Below, piece by piece: positions 28,513 to 38,479 of a stretch of 64,000 bases of DNA. A program made the translations under genes and the position numbers. Each line of letters begins with the position of its first letter. The stretch's first letter is position 1. Under the pieces are notes generated by a model. It was not told the origin of the DNA. It saw only the letters and a program-made list of their open reading frames with translations, and did not search any database. The DNA comes from Candidatus Poribacteria bacterium (GTDB lineage: Bacteria > Poribacteria > WGA-4E > WGA-3G), in contig CBDBFU010000011.1 of assembly GCA_965205025.1 (NCBI GenBank), forward strand, positions 106,653 to 170,652. Direction: 5' to 3'.

Positions 28513-29895
28513 CTATCTTATAGATGAAACATTGAAGTCTGGATAGGCATTGGCACCGTGTTCACCATAATCAAGTCCTTCCATTTCTTCCTCTTCTGTA
28601 ACACGTAAACCAGTCACTGCTTTAATACCATAGAAGAGAATGAATCCTGTAACCAGACACCATACAAATACCGCTACAACACCAACTATTTGTGCCCAGA
28701 GGAATCCGAAACCACCCCCAAAGATAATGCCTTGTTCACTATGGAAGAAACCGAGTAGGATGGTTCCTAATGCACCACATGTTCCGTGAACAGAAATCGC
28801 ACCAACTGGGTCATCAATACGTAGGTTTTCAAGTAGAAGCACACTGAGGACAACGACGATGCCACCTAAAGCACCAATTATGAATGCCGAAGAAGGACTA
28901 ACGAACGCACATCCAGCTGTAATTGCTACGAGACCGGCAAGGGCACCATTTAGTGCCATACCTGCATCCGGTTTACCAAGAAAAATCCAAGCTGTAATCA
29001 TAGCAGTAATAGCACCTGCAGCGGCGGCTATGTTAGTGGTAATTGCAATTAGAGAAATATCTGCAGCGTCTGCCCCCATCTGACTGCCGGGGTTGAATCC
29101 AAACCATCCTAACCAGAGAATGAACACACCGAGTGCTGCTAACGGTAGATTATGACCAGCAATAGGTCTGGGTTTTCCTTCGTTATCATACTTACCAAGT
29201 CGGGGACCTAAGACAATAGCACCAGTCAAGGCAAGCCATCCCCCAGTAGAGTGTACGACAGTCGAACCCGCAAAATCGAGCATACCATCACCGAAACTTG
29301 ACAGCCATCCACCACCCCAAATCCAATGACCAACGATAGGATAAATTAGACCAGTAATAAAGACACTATATATTAAATAACTCTTAAATTGTGTTCTTTC
29401 AGCCATAGCTCCAGAGACAATTGTTGCGGCAGTTGCTGCAAATACCAATTGGAAAAGCCATGCTGCATAGGTTGGAACTGAACTCCATTCTAAAGAACTA
29501 AAAACACTAGTACTTGTATCTGCTCCTGCTGTTAAAGATTCAGAAGGAACAAACCACCCACTCGTCCCCATAAAAGCATTGCCTGCACCAAACATTATGG
29601 CGAACCCGATTGCCCAATAGGCGATGGAACCCATAGAAAAATCCATTAGGTTTTTCATAAGGATGTTTACAGCATTTTTTGCACGTGTGAAACCCGATTC
29701 CACCATTGCGAATCCTGCCTGCATGAAGAAAACAAGAAACGCAGCGACAAGCACCCAAAGCGTATCACCCATGTATTTTGAATCCTCAACCTTTTCGAGT
29801 TTGCCATCAGAATCGACTAAACCGTTTAGGGCAAAGGCGTTAAGACTCAATAAACATGTTAAGGTAAGAACCGTAATGATTATCCGTTTATTCAT
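28513..29895 (-). CDS. amt: Ammonium transporter (Amt1-like subfamily)
   Basis: FMQAGFAMVESG, DFAGSTVVH, DDPVGAISVHG. ATG 29895 with GGAG RBS is preferred over 30006. Confidence 0.95.
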   Translation of the reverse strand: MNKRIIITVLTLTCLLSLNAFALNGLVDSDGKLEKVEDSKYMGDTLWVLVAAFLVFFMQAGFAMVESGFTRAKNAVNILMKNLMDFSMGSIAYWAIGFAIMFGAGNAFMGTSGWFVPSESLTAGADTSTSVFSSLEWSSVPTYAAWLFQLVFAATAATIVSGAMAERTQFKSYLIYSVFITGLIYPIVGHWIWGGGWLSSFGDGMLDFAGSTVVHSTGGWLALTGAIVLGPRLGKYDNEGKPRPIAGHNLPLAALGVFILWLGWFGFNPGSQMGADAADISLIAITTNIAAAAGAITAMITAWIFLGKPDAGMALNGALAGLVAITAGCAFVSPSSAFIIGALGGIVVVLSVLLLENLRIDDPVGAISVHGTCGALGTILLGFFHSEQGIIFGGGFGFLWAQIVGVVAVFVWCLVTGFILFYGIKAVTGLRVTEEEEMEGLDYGEHGANAYPDFNVSSIR

Positions 29896-30044
29896 TTGAA
29901 ATAGATCTCCTTTTAACATCCAACTTTCTTCATAGACAGAGGAAATATGACCACATACGATAATCATGAACCATTGTATTCTTGAAGTTCGCGAATCAAG
30001 GTTCATGTATTTTCTTGATTCGCGATGGACTAACTAATTACACC

Positions 30045-30755
30045 TTACCAAGTACGAAGGAAGGTCATTCTTCCTGTAAGTCCAGATTCTTCGTCTTCTT
30101 TCTGTGTTTCAAAACCACCAAAGATTCCAAGTGTATTGTTTTCACCGTATCCCAGATTCAGACGCAAACCAACAGCCAAACTTCCAAGACCACTCTCATC
30201 ACCTAAATCAATAGTAGCTTCGACTTGAGGACCAATAGCCACGGTATCGCTAAGTGAATATGTGATAAAATCACGTGTGTAAAGCGAATCAGCGGCTTCT
30301 TCATCAAAAGGGGTATTGAAGAATCCTTGGATCCAAGATTCAAAATAAATGGAACCTGCACTTAGAATTGTAAAAAGTTGAGGAGCAATAAGTGATGATG
30401 GTCCGTTTGGTGTTGCATAATCAAATCCGATACCAACCATTGGAGTAAAACTGAGTGACAATGAATCACTTTCAACAGCGGTAAGTGCCAATCCAAGATC
30501 AAACTCCCCAAAGGTATCAACAACATAAATATCACTTGCGATTGAAAGACCACCCAAGGAATGGGTTGCCCCAAACCAAATTTGTGTCCCTAAACTATCT
30601 GTATCAGTACGGAACCAACCATCTATACTTGACTCTTCCATTTCCATCTCTTCACCTGCCCCATGAGCATCAGCAAAAACGATAGGAACGGATGTTACTG
30701 CGAGAATACAAACTATTGATAATAATTGAACTAACCATAATCCTTTAATCTTCAT
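30045..30755 (-). CDS. Putative outer-membrane beta-barrel, first gene of the amt operon
   Basis: Signal peptide, amphipathic beta-strand pattern, C-terminal strand ending in Trp (GRMTFLRTW). Confidence 0.75.
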   Translation of the reverse strand: MKIKGLWLVQLLSIVCILAVTSVPIVFADAHGAGEEMEMEESSIDGWFRTDTDSLGTQIWFGATHSLGGLSIASDIYVVDTFGEFDLGLALTAVESDSLSLSFTPMVGIGFDYATPNGPSSLIAPQLFTILSAGSIYFESWIQGFFNTPFDEEAADSLYTRDFITYSLSDTVAIGPQVEATIDLGDESGLGSLAVGLRLNLGYGENNTLGIFGGFETQKEDEESGLTGRMTFLRTW

Positions 30756-30890
30756 TAGAATCTCCTTAGTATTTTCGATTCAAACTTTTTACGAGCATAT
30801 TGAAATCATCTATGTCAGTCATTGAAACTATTCTTGATTCCGACATCATCTTGTGATAGAATCTGTGCTTAGTTGCACTATAGTGCTTTG

Positions 30891-30908
30891 AAGCAATATA
30901 CGTGCCAA
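30891..30908 (-). promoter_or_regulatory. Sigma54 (-24/-12) promoter
   Basis: Minus strand TTGGCACGTATATTGCTT is an exact TGGCAC-N5-TTGC match, about 135 bp upstream of the barrel-amt-amt genes. Confidence 0.8.
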
Positions 30909-31070
30909 TTACTTAAAATCCATTTATTATATCTATTGTTATCCTCTTCAAACTCCTATCAACCTAAGACACCTTATAGTTAAATCCCTTTAATGACTAT
31001 CTATGATAGATTTTATGTGTGAAATAATTGGATTTTATTCTGTACCTATTGTAGTAAAATCAGGTTAAAA

Positions 31071-32489
31071 ATGCTGAAAATTTCATCAGAAAACTGCCTA
31101 AAAAATAAGCATATAATACTAATAATTATAGTCTTTATTGGAGCATTTTTACGATTTTGGAATCTTGGAAACTGGAGTTTTTGGATTGATGAAGTTCTTA
31201 CTGTACTTGATTCTAAAGAAATCTCTCTAAATAATTCTCCCATAAATCCAATTCCATATTTTGCAACAAAATTCTCAGTTTATATTAGTGATAAGCTATC
31301 ATTCCTATTAGGTGGGAGTGAGGAATGGAAATACAGGTTTATCTTTTGCATTGCAGGTATACTTTCTTTATGGGTTATTTTTTATCTTGCACAGACCTTA
31401 TATGATAAGAAAGTTGGAGTACTTGCTGCCTTATTTGTTTCGTTATCTAATTGGCATATATTCTGGTCTCAGAATACCCGTTCATATATATTTACATTTT
31501 TTTTTGGGGCATTGACTGCATGGTTTTTCTATAGGTCGTTTGAGAAAGATTCCTTACTATTAACAATAAGTGCGTTGCTTTCTTGTGTTTGCCTGATCCT
31601 GTCACATCTTCTTGCAGCTGCAATTATACCAGCGTTAGCAGTCTATTCAATTTCTCTTCTGTTAGAAAATAGAAGTCGTAGACGAATCATCAACCTTCTT
31701 ATTTTTTTTATTCCTTTTACTCTCCCGCTATTTTTACTATTAATTCCGTATATACGAAGCCATTTATTTTCTGGTTGGGGACATAATGAATGGGGTCGGA
31801 GTCCATTTTATATTATACTAACTCTGGTACAAGGGGTCACAATACCTATAGCAGTTACAGCTTTCATCTCTGGTCTTGTTAGTCGAAAAGATAAACCTAC
31901 CCGCTTTTTACTCTGTTTTGCTGTTATACCGCTTATTCTGCTAATTGTAGCATCGCAGTTTCAGAATGTGGCTGGTTATTATCTGTTTTGGTCAACACCT
32001 GCATATTTTATACTCTCTGCATTTGTTTGTATTCACCTATGGGGTGTAATAGGTGACAATAGGCATATCTTATTAAAGTCTCTACTCCCGTTAGTATTAA
32101 TTATGGGACTTGTATCGCAGGATTATCTGTATTTTAAGTATGAGAACGGAGGGAGACCAAAATGGAGGGAATCCTTTAATTACCTTGAATTACAAATGGA
32201 TGCAGAAGATAGGGTAGTACTTTCAGAACCACGGATGGGTGAGTTTTATCTGCCAGAAATGGAGCAAGTTTACATAGGAGAATTGATAAAGGATAAGGAG
32301 GATTTTGAAGAAAGAGTTGCATCAAATAAGAACCGTTGGTGGTTTCTTGTGGATGTCGCAAGTTTTAACGTTTTTGATGCGGATCAGAAAATTAGAAATT
32401 GGATAAGTAGACGTTGTCGTATGGTACATTCTGTGCCAGCATTCTCTCGTGCAAAAGATAGAACTATTCATATTTATCTATATGAATAG
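31071..32489 (+). CDS. GT-C fold glycosyltransferase (family 39 / ArnT / PMT-like)
   Basis: LRFWNLG..SFWIDE, many TM helices, WSQNTRSY. Confidence 0.85.
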   Translation: MLKISSENCLKNKHIILIIIVFIGAFLRFWNLGNWSFWIDEVLTVLDSKEISLNNSPINPIPYFATKFSVYISDKLSFLLGGSEEWKYRFIFCIAGILSLWVIFYLAQTLYDKKVGVLAALFVSLSNWHIFWSQNTRSYIFTFFFGALTAWFFYRSFEKDSLLLTISALLSCVCLILSHLLAAAIIPALAVYSISLLLENRSRRRIINLLIFFIPFTLPLFLLLIPYIRSHLFSGWGHNEWGRSPFYIILTLVQGVTIPIAVTAFISGLVSRKDKPTRFLLCFAVIPLILLIVASQFQNVAGYYLFWSTPAYFILSAFVCIHLWGVIGDNRHILLKSLLPLVLIMGLVSQDYLYFKYENGGRPKWRESFNYLELQMDAEDRVVLSEPRMGEFYLPEMEQVYIGELIKDKEDFEERVASNKNRWWFLVDVASFNVFDADQKIRNWISRRCRMVHSVPAFSRAKDRTIHIYLYE

Positions 32490-32499
32490 TTCAGTAAGA

Positions 32500-32530
32500 A
32501 TATAGGCGTGGACAGATTCCACACCTATAT
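32500..32530. terminator. Hairpin between convergent genes
   Basis: atataggcgtgga...tccacacctatat. Confidence 0.65.
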
Positions 32531-32536
32531 CGTAGA

Positions 32537-33271
32537 TTACCATCTCCGAGTAAAATTCATTCTACCGGTAAGTCCGGTTTCATCTTCCATCTTTTCAGTC
32601 TCATATCCAACATATATACCGAGTGTATTATTCTCACCATAATTAAGGTTCAGACGCCCTCCAAAATTTAGAGCCCATAGTCCACCTTCATCACCGAGCC
32701 CCATCACTGTTTCAAACTGTGGACCAACAGCCACTATATCGCTTATAGCATATGTAATGTAAGTCCGGTTGTAAACTTCATTCAAGCTTTGGTCATCAAA
32801 TATGGTTTTGAATGTGCTGATTGTCCAATGGAAACCAAAGATTTTACCAGCAGGTAGGATAGCGAAGAATTGTGGGTATAAAGCATAAGGTCCATCTGAG
32901 TTGGCATAATTAAACCCAACACCGAGCATTGGTGTTAACAGAAGTGCCATGCTGTCATTTGCGATTACAGGGAATGTAATACCCATATCATATTCACCCA
33001 AAAACTGCCGTGAACCATCGGGTCCAGGATTACCATTCACATAGATATTTGAATCAAATGAAATACCGCCGCCGAGTGGATGACTGGCACCAATTAGAAA
33101 ATAGGGACCTAAACTATCCACATCGATCTGGAACCATCCAGTAATCTTCGGTTTTTCTTCCATTGCTTCCTCTTTGGCTTCATGACCATCTGCAAATGCA
33201 CCAGTCCAACCAACTAATACCATACCTATGATTAAACAATAAGTCACAAAACGAAATCTGTAAAATTGCAT
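32537..33271 (-). CDS. Putative outer-membrane beta-barrel, paralog of 30045..30755
   Basis: Shares GWF..D.DSLG, TPM.G.GF.YA, YGENNTLGI and GLTGRM.F.R.W. ATG 33271 follows AAGGAG. Confidence 0.75.
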   Translation of the reverse strand: MQFYRFRFVTYCLIIGMVLVGWTGAFADGHEAKEEAMEEKPKITGWFQIDVDSLGPYFLIGASHPLGGGISFDSNIYVNGNPGPDGSRQFLGEYDMGITFPVIANDSMALLLTPMLGVGFNYANSDGPYALYPQFFAILPAGKIFGFHWTISTFKTIFDDQSLNEVYNRTYITYAISDIVAVGPQFETVMGLGDEGGLWALNFGGRLNLNYGENNTLGIYVGYETEKMEDETGLTGRMNFTRRW

Positions 33272-33387
33272 CAATTTCTCCTTTACTTTTGACACATTAT
33301 TTTTGTATATTCATTCAGGTAACAGATAAAATAATGTAAATAAGTTATCTACTACCATTTCAAGAGTATATATAACAATCGAAATAA

Positions 33388-34086
33388 TCAGTTTGAGTAT
33401 TTCGCTTTTCTAACCTGATCCATTAAACGAATAAGTTTTCCATTATCCTTGACACCTTTACTTGCTTCAACACCAGAACACAAATCAATTCCGTATGGAT
33501 TCATTGTTTCAATAGCATTCTTAACATTCTCAGGCCGTATTCCACCAGCAAAAAATACAGGTATAGGACTACCATTAATTAATTCAGATGCCAGTTCCCA
33601 ATCACACGTTTTGCCTGTACCACCATATCGATGGGGTGTCTGACTTGTATCCACAGTATCAAATAAGAGATAATCCGCGCCAGCATTTGAATATGCTTCC
33701 ATCTGATCATGTATCATAGATTTATCTACACTGCTAGGATCACCAGCAGGTAAATAAACTGATTTCCATAGTTGACAAGACACCATTTTTCTTAGTTCTT
33801 CAACTTGTGAAGCTGTTTCTTGTCCGAGAAGTTGTAGTGCAAACGGTTGAATTTGGTTAACAGACTCTTGTATATCTATTGTAGTCCTATTATATAATAA
33901 CAATACAGTTGGTATCGGACTATTATTAGCGATTCTTTTAGCCTGATTGACCTTCAGTGACCGTTCAGAAGATGCAACATCAACCAAGATTCCTACATAA
34001 TCTGCTCCAGCATTCTTAGCAAGAGAAGCGTCATGTACTGATGTTATACCACAGATCTTAACTTTACATCTACTTGTTTTAGACAT
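33388..34086 (-). CDS. trpF: Phosphoribosylanthranilate isomerase
   Basis: KVKICGIT, GGTGKTCDW, AGGIRPENV, GIDLCSGVE...G.KD. Confidence 0.88.
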   Translation of the reverse strand: MSKTSRCKVKICGITSVHDASLAKNAGADYVGILVDVASSERSLKVNQAKRIANNSPIPTVLLLYNRTTIDIQESVNQIQPFALQLLGQETASQVEELRKMVSCQLWKSVYLPAGDPSSVDKSMIHDQMEAYSNAGADYLLFDTVDTSQTPHRYGGTGKTCDWELASELINGSPIPVFFAGGIRPENVKNAIETMNPYGIDLCSGVEASKGVKDNGKLIRLMDQVRKAKYSN

Positions 34087-34127
34087 AATTAATTACGTGT
34101 TTTGGATTATTTATAGATTGTCATAGA

Positions 34128-34490
34128 CTATTCATCACAGAAAACAGTCTGTCTATCAGCATCAGAATAGCAAATAATCATTGTTACTGGTTGCCATCCA
34201 GTATTTACAGCATTATGTTTAATATTTCGTGGTATACGCAACATCATACCTTGTCTTAGAGGTATGATTTCATCACCCAATTTGTGGTCACATTGACCAG
34301 ATAGGACATAGATGAGTTCCTCACAATTCGGATGGTAGTGTGTTGGATTTCCCTCACCTGCGTTAATATAGACAATACCGAATGTCATCTCTGCATCAGG
34401 ATCAATTTGGTCATTACATAACCATTTGATTGCACCCCATGGAAAATCCAATGCATCTTGTTCATTGCTATTTGTAAGGGTAATCTCCAT
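34128..34490 (-). CDS. Cupin domain protein
   Basis: HYHPNCEELIYVLSG...IPRNIKH; start refined to ATG 34490 after GGAG. Confidence 0.85.
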   Translation of the reverse strand: MEITLTNSNEQDALDFPWGAIKWLCNDQIDPDAEMTFGIVYINAGEGNPTHYHPNCEELIYVLSGQCDHKLGDEIIPLRQGMMLRIPRNIKHNAVNTGWQPVTMIICYSDADRQTVFCDE

Positions 34491-34518
34491 TCCACTCTCC
34501 TTTCTGATAATTCTATAT

Positions 34519-35361
34519 TTAATCATCTAAATATATACAAGTCAAACTTCGTTCAGCATAGGTTTTTAATCCATCCAATGGGAATTCATGCAGATACCCA
34601 ACTGGGGAACATACCACTCTAAGATTATTAATCATTTTATCAACAGTTTCATGTAAATGACCGAAAAAAACATGTGTTACAAGTGATTCTTGTGAACATA
34701 TTTCTCCTAATCCTTCACTTCCCATAAAAGCGTGAAAATAATCAGAGGACAAATCACCACGGTATCGCATACATTGTCGAAAAGGCACATGATGTGAGAC
34801 AACTGCAATTCTCTCAACCTTATTTTCTATAGAGGTTATATGACTTGAAAGATGATCCTCAAATCTTTTTGCAACCGTTTGATCAGTATCCTCCCATTTT
34901 GCGTATCGTTTATCATTCCAGATTTTTCCTTTTAATTGTTTTTTCTCATATTGTTCTGTAGTAACATTGAATTCTTCAGAGGCAAAGGAATAGTCGTACC
35001 AACCTATAGTTCCACAGAACCCAATGTTATCTTCAATATATGGTTTATCAATTAAGGAGTGGAAACCATGATCCTGACAGATTTCAGAAATAATTCCGCA
35101 TTTCTGTGTACTGGTCATCTTTGCATTTTCATTCACCCAAATGTCATGATTTCCCGGAACGAATAACTTACGACATTGTAATTGCGTCTGATTAAATTGA
35201 TCTAAAATATCGTAGAATTCAGTTAAACTTGATGTTATATCCCCTGCGAGAATAAAAGCGTCAAGTTCTGCAGCTTCAATTGCAGAGATAAGAAATGGAA
35301 TTAAATCTTTGTTTGCTTGTGTTGCATCGGTATGTAGGTCAGAAACCAATCCAATTTTCAT
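34519..35361 (-). CDS. Calcineurin-like metallophosphoesterase
   Basis: SDLH, AGD, PGNHD, SHHVP, FGHLH. Confidence 0.9.
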   Translation of the reverse strand: MKIGLVSDLHTDATQANKDLIPFLISAIEAAELDAFILAGDITSSLTEFYDILDQFNQTQLQCRKLFVPGNHDIWVNENAKMTSTQKCGIISEICQDHGFHSLIDKPYIEDNIGFCGTIGWYDYSFASEEFNVTTEQYEKKQLKGKIWNDKRYAKWEDTDQTVAKRFEDHLSSHITSIENKVERIAVVSHHVPFRQCMRYRGDLSSDYFHAFMGSEGLGEICSQESLVTHVFFGHLHETVDKMINNLRVVCSPVGYLHEFPLDGLKTYAERSLTCIYLDD

Positions 35362-35429
35362 TTCACATGTTTGAAATAACGAACCCTCAGCATGACACTA
35401 TACTCTATAGTCAAGATACTCTTATTCGG

Positions 35430-36869
35430 TTAGTTCTGTAATTCATTATTATCCTGAAATGACAAGCTGTTGAATACCTCATCCAGGAATATACGAATTG
35501 CAGAATCATCTTCTTGAAAACGATCACGTTGCCGTTCAAGCGCAGTTATGGAGGGTTTATCACCTATTTTTGCTATTGCGTCTACGAGAGTTAGTTGTAT
35601 TGCAGGATCAACAGTTGAATCCAAAGTTTTAATCAGAAAATCTCGTGCGATTTGACCACCTATTGTTCCCAAAGAAGAAACAATAATATTTTTCCCAGCA
35701 TCGTCTGCTTCATTATATACAGAAATGAGAGTGTCAACTGATGGATCTCCAATCCGACTCAACCCTAATCCTGCTTGGAAACGTATGCCGGGTATTTCGT
35801 TGTCATCTATTAGTACATTTATAAGAGGTTGAATAGAGGTCTCTGGTTTTAAAATTCCTATAATTGATAGGCATGCTCTACGTATTTCTTGATCTGGTTC
35901 TTTAGATAGTTGTATGTGTTTTTCTGCCACCTCAACAAGTGACCCATCATTTACTTGTTTGAATAACTGATCTGATCTTCGCCGAAATTGTATACCAAAT
36001 GGAGCTTGAAGAGTCGCAGTTTTTGCAGTTTGATCAATCATCAAGAGTCCAAGGATTTCAGCTGATTCACGTAGTTTGGGGTCAAGACTATCAGTCGGTA
36101 ATTGATTTACATTCTGTTCTCTATATTTTGCGAAAAGAGGATTGAGACCACTTAAAATTACAAGTCTTTCAAGGCTTTTTACTGCAGATTTCCTTAAAGA
36201 CAATTCAGGATTATTTACTAATACATCAATTAAAGGGTTTACTGCTCTTGCATCACCTAAATTTCCAAGTGCAGTCACAGAGGCAATTTTCACACCGATC
36301 AATTCTGAAGTCCTGAACTTCAGTTCAGAATTGATCTTAGCAAATTCAGTGATTGACTTTTTATAATCTGCCAGACTGAAGATTTTTCTCTCATCTTCAA
36401 TCTTTTCTATTATATCACCAACTTGAATGTCAGGATTATTAGAAGCCGGTGTCCCCGGTATTATATTCTTGATTCGAACAGTATCCCTACCTTCTACCTC
36501 AATGCCAACTTTATCACCGATCTGTCGTATAGCAATTCGAATTGGTGGTTTTTCTTTGATATATAGAAGTAAATTGTTGTCTTTAGCAATTGCTTTTTTT
36601 ATTGCTCGTTTGAAGTCTGCTGTACTATTGATTGGATACTCACCAATGATATAGGAAATTAGTTCTCCTTGTACTAGATCTGCTTTATTTGCAGGTCCAT
36701 TCTGTTTGATATTCTTTACAACCACACCACTTGTAGACCATCGGTTTTCAAGATCTCTATCAAGTTGCTGGACTTCCATTTTTGAATAATCATCATAGTA
36801 AGTGTTTTCACAACCTACTATCAAGAGAAGTGAAACAAAATACAAAATTATAGGTGTATACCTATGCAT
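35430..36869 (-). CDS. Lipoprotein with PDZ domains and HEAT repeats
   Basis: Lipobox LIVGC after ATG 36869 (AAAGGAA RBS); GPANKADL..G and PGTPA...IQVGDII PDZ motifs; ALGNLGD.RAV.PL HEAT repeats. Confidence 0.8.
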   Translation of the reverse strand: MHRYTPIILYFVSLLLIVGCENTYYDDYSKMEVQQLDRDLENRWSTSGVVVKNIKQNGPANKADLVQGELISYIIGEYPINSTADFKRAIKKAIAKDNNLLLYIKEKPPIRIAIRQIGDKVGIEVEGRDTVRIKNIIPGTPASNNPDIQVGDIIEKIEDERKIFSLADYKKSITEFAKINSELKFRTSELIGVKIASVTALGNLGDARAVNPLIDVLVNNPELSLRKSAVKSLERLVILSGLNPLFAKYREQNVNQLPTDSLDPKLRESAEILGLLMIDQTAKTATLQAPFGIQFRRRSDQLFKQVNDGSLVEVAEKHIQLSKEPDQEIRRACLSIIGILKPETSIQPLINVLIDDNEIPGIRFQAGLGLSRIGDPSVDTLISVYNEADDAGKNIIVSSLGTIGGQIARDFLIKTLDSTVDPAIQLTLVDAIAKIGDKPSITALERQRDRFQEDDSAIRIFLDEVFNSLSFQDNNELQN

Positions 36870-36930
36870 CAACGTTCCTTTCAAAATGGATGTTTTGAGT
36901 AATTTCATTGATAGTATCCAAGTATGTTTA

Positions 36931-37818
36931 TTAATTCTGAAAATTAACAATTACTTCACGACTGCTTTTTTCTTGTAATGCATCCAATAGGGGTTGCACT
37001 GCTTTTTCATCCCCAAGTGTTGATAATGCACGAATTGCGTCAACTCTAAGAGATGATCCTTTATTTTGTGTGATTTTTACAAGTTCAGGAACAGCCTTAC
37101 CCCCAATTTTCCCAAGTGCAGCCACTGCCAATTGGCGTACTTCCGGTTCTTCACGATCAGATTCCCGTTTTGCAGAACCTGAATCTACTATTGTAGCAAG
37201 GACAGGTATTGCATCTTCACTTCCAATTTCACCCAATGCTTTTACGACATTTAGGCGTGTCCCCATTTTCTTATGTTGTAATAGGTCAACCAGTAATGGA
37301 ACAATTGTAGATGGATCAGATTTACCTATATTTGCCATTACCCAATGCGCATCATGTCGATCTCTATTGTCATTGGACTTAATTGCTTTTTCAAGTTGTT
37401 TTAAGAGTTGTCTACGGTCCCCCTGTTGATAAACAAGAGTTAATGCTTCTAAAGCAGCATTCTGTACATTTACATCATCGTCCCTGAGTGTATCAAAAAT
37501 CAATATTTCAAGATATTCAGATGGATCTTCTTGATATGCCTTAAACATATGCTGTCCCCGTTTGGCAATTGATGCATTGTTCCAGTCAGGTTGATTAATA
37601 TCGTAATATTCTTGTGAATCATAAAAGCCGAGTAGATAATGTGCCTCAGCATTATCACTCTCGATTTCAATTGCCAGTTTAAATTCACGAACTGCGCGTT
37701 CTTCTTTTCTTCGTTTATCAGATTTTATTAACTCTTTTCCTTTTGCAAGGTGTTCATTTTGATTGCCACACCCACATATAAATACTATAAGCCCAATTAA
37801 TAGACATATTTTTCTCAT
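36931..37818 (-). CDS. Lipoprotein with TPR and HEAT repeats
   Basis: Lipobox ICGC; AEAHYLLG; ALGEIG, ALGKIG and ALSTLGD repeats. Confidence 0.82.
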   Translation of the reverse strand: MRKICLLIGLIVFICGCGNQNEHLAKGKELIKSDKRRKEERAVREFKLAIEIESDNAEAHYLLGFYDSQEYYDINQPDWNNASIAKRGQHMFKAYQEDPSEYLEILIFDTLRDDDVNVQNAALEALTLVYQQGDRRQLLKQLEKAIKSNDNRDRHDAHWVMANIGKSDPSTIVPLLVDLLQHKKMGTRLNVVKALGEIGSEDAIPVLATIVDSGSAKRESDREEPEVRQLAVAALGKIGGKAVPELVKITQNKGSSLRVDAIRALSTLGDEKAVQPLLDALQEKSSREVIVNFQN

Positions 37819-37877
37819 CTTGTGTACCTGTCTGTTAAAAACAATACTCATGAAATAAATTTATTCCTGAAAATAGA

Positions 37878-38432
37878 TTAATTCTCATTTAATAGACTTT
37901 GTTGTTCTGCTTCAGGAGCGTCTTCTTGTTGCAGTTCATCTGTATCTTCTTCAACTTTATCATCTTCAATGACAGGTTCAACTCCTTCTGTAAGAGATTT
38001 TTCTAAAGTGACAATTGGTTTCTCAGAAAACCCCCAATCCTTGTATCTTTGTATCACAGGATTATCCGTAGAATTGATTTCGATTTCAAGTGTATTCAAT
38101 CCTGCATCTTTCGCTGCTGACTCTGCAGCTGCAATCAGGTGGTCAGCCACCCCTAACAATCGAAAAGGTCCTGAAACAGCGAGATTATTAATCTGTCCAG
38201 TTCCTTGATTCGTTGGATGTGGTTCTACTGAAATATGTCCGACAGCATAACCGCTTGAATCAGCTACCAATCGTATCGTATTGTTGTCATCTGATAAATC
38301 AGTTTTTAATTCTTCCATGACTTCTGTATTAGTCTTATCTGGAAAACAGTATGTTTGTAAATGAACAGCATCATCTTCACTGGCTATTCTAACTTGTAAC
38401 TTGCCTATCAGGTCAAAATCTTTATTATCCAT
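37878..38432 (-). CDS. GNAT family acetyltransferase with an acidic tail
   Basis: LAVSGPFRLLGVADHLI acetyl-CoA motif and YKDWGF; GGAGG RBS before ATG 38432. Confidence 0.82.
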   Translation of the reverse strand: MDNKDFDLIGKLQVRIASEDDAVHLQTYCFPDKTNTEVMEELKTDLSDDNNTIRLVADSSGYAVGHISVEPHPTNQGTGQINNLAVSGPFRLLGVADHLIAAAESAAKDAGLNTLEIEINSTDNPVIQRYKDWGFSEKPIVTLEKSLTEGVEPVIEDDKVEEDTDELQQEDAPEAEQQSLLNEN

Positions 38433-38479
38433 ATTCGCCTCCAAGTTTACCTTGAACAAACAATTCGGTCTATATAGTA

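Noticed and set aside
30874-30887. NtrC site at gcactatagtgc
   Set aside because: Half-site spacing is shorter than the NtrC consensus and it lies downstream of the sigma54 promoter, not at an enhancer position.
35430-37851. One frameshifted HEAT gene spanning both ORFs
   Set aside because: The downstream ORF has its own RBS, ATG (36869) and lipobox.
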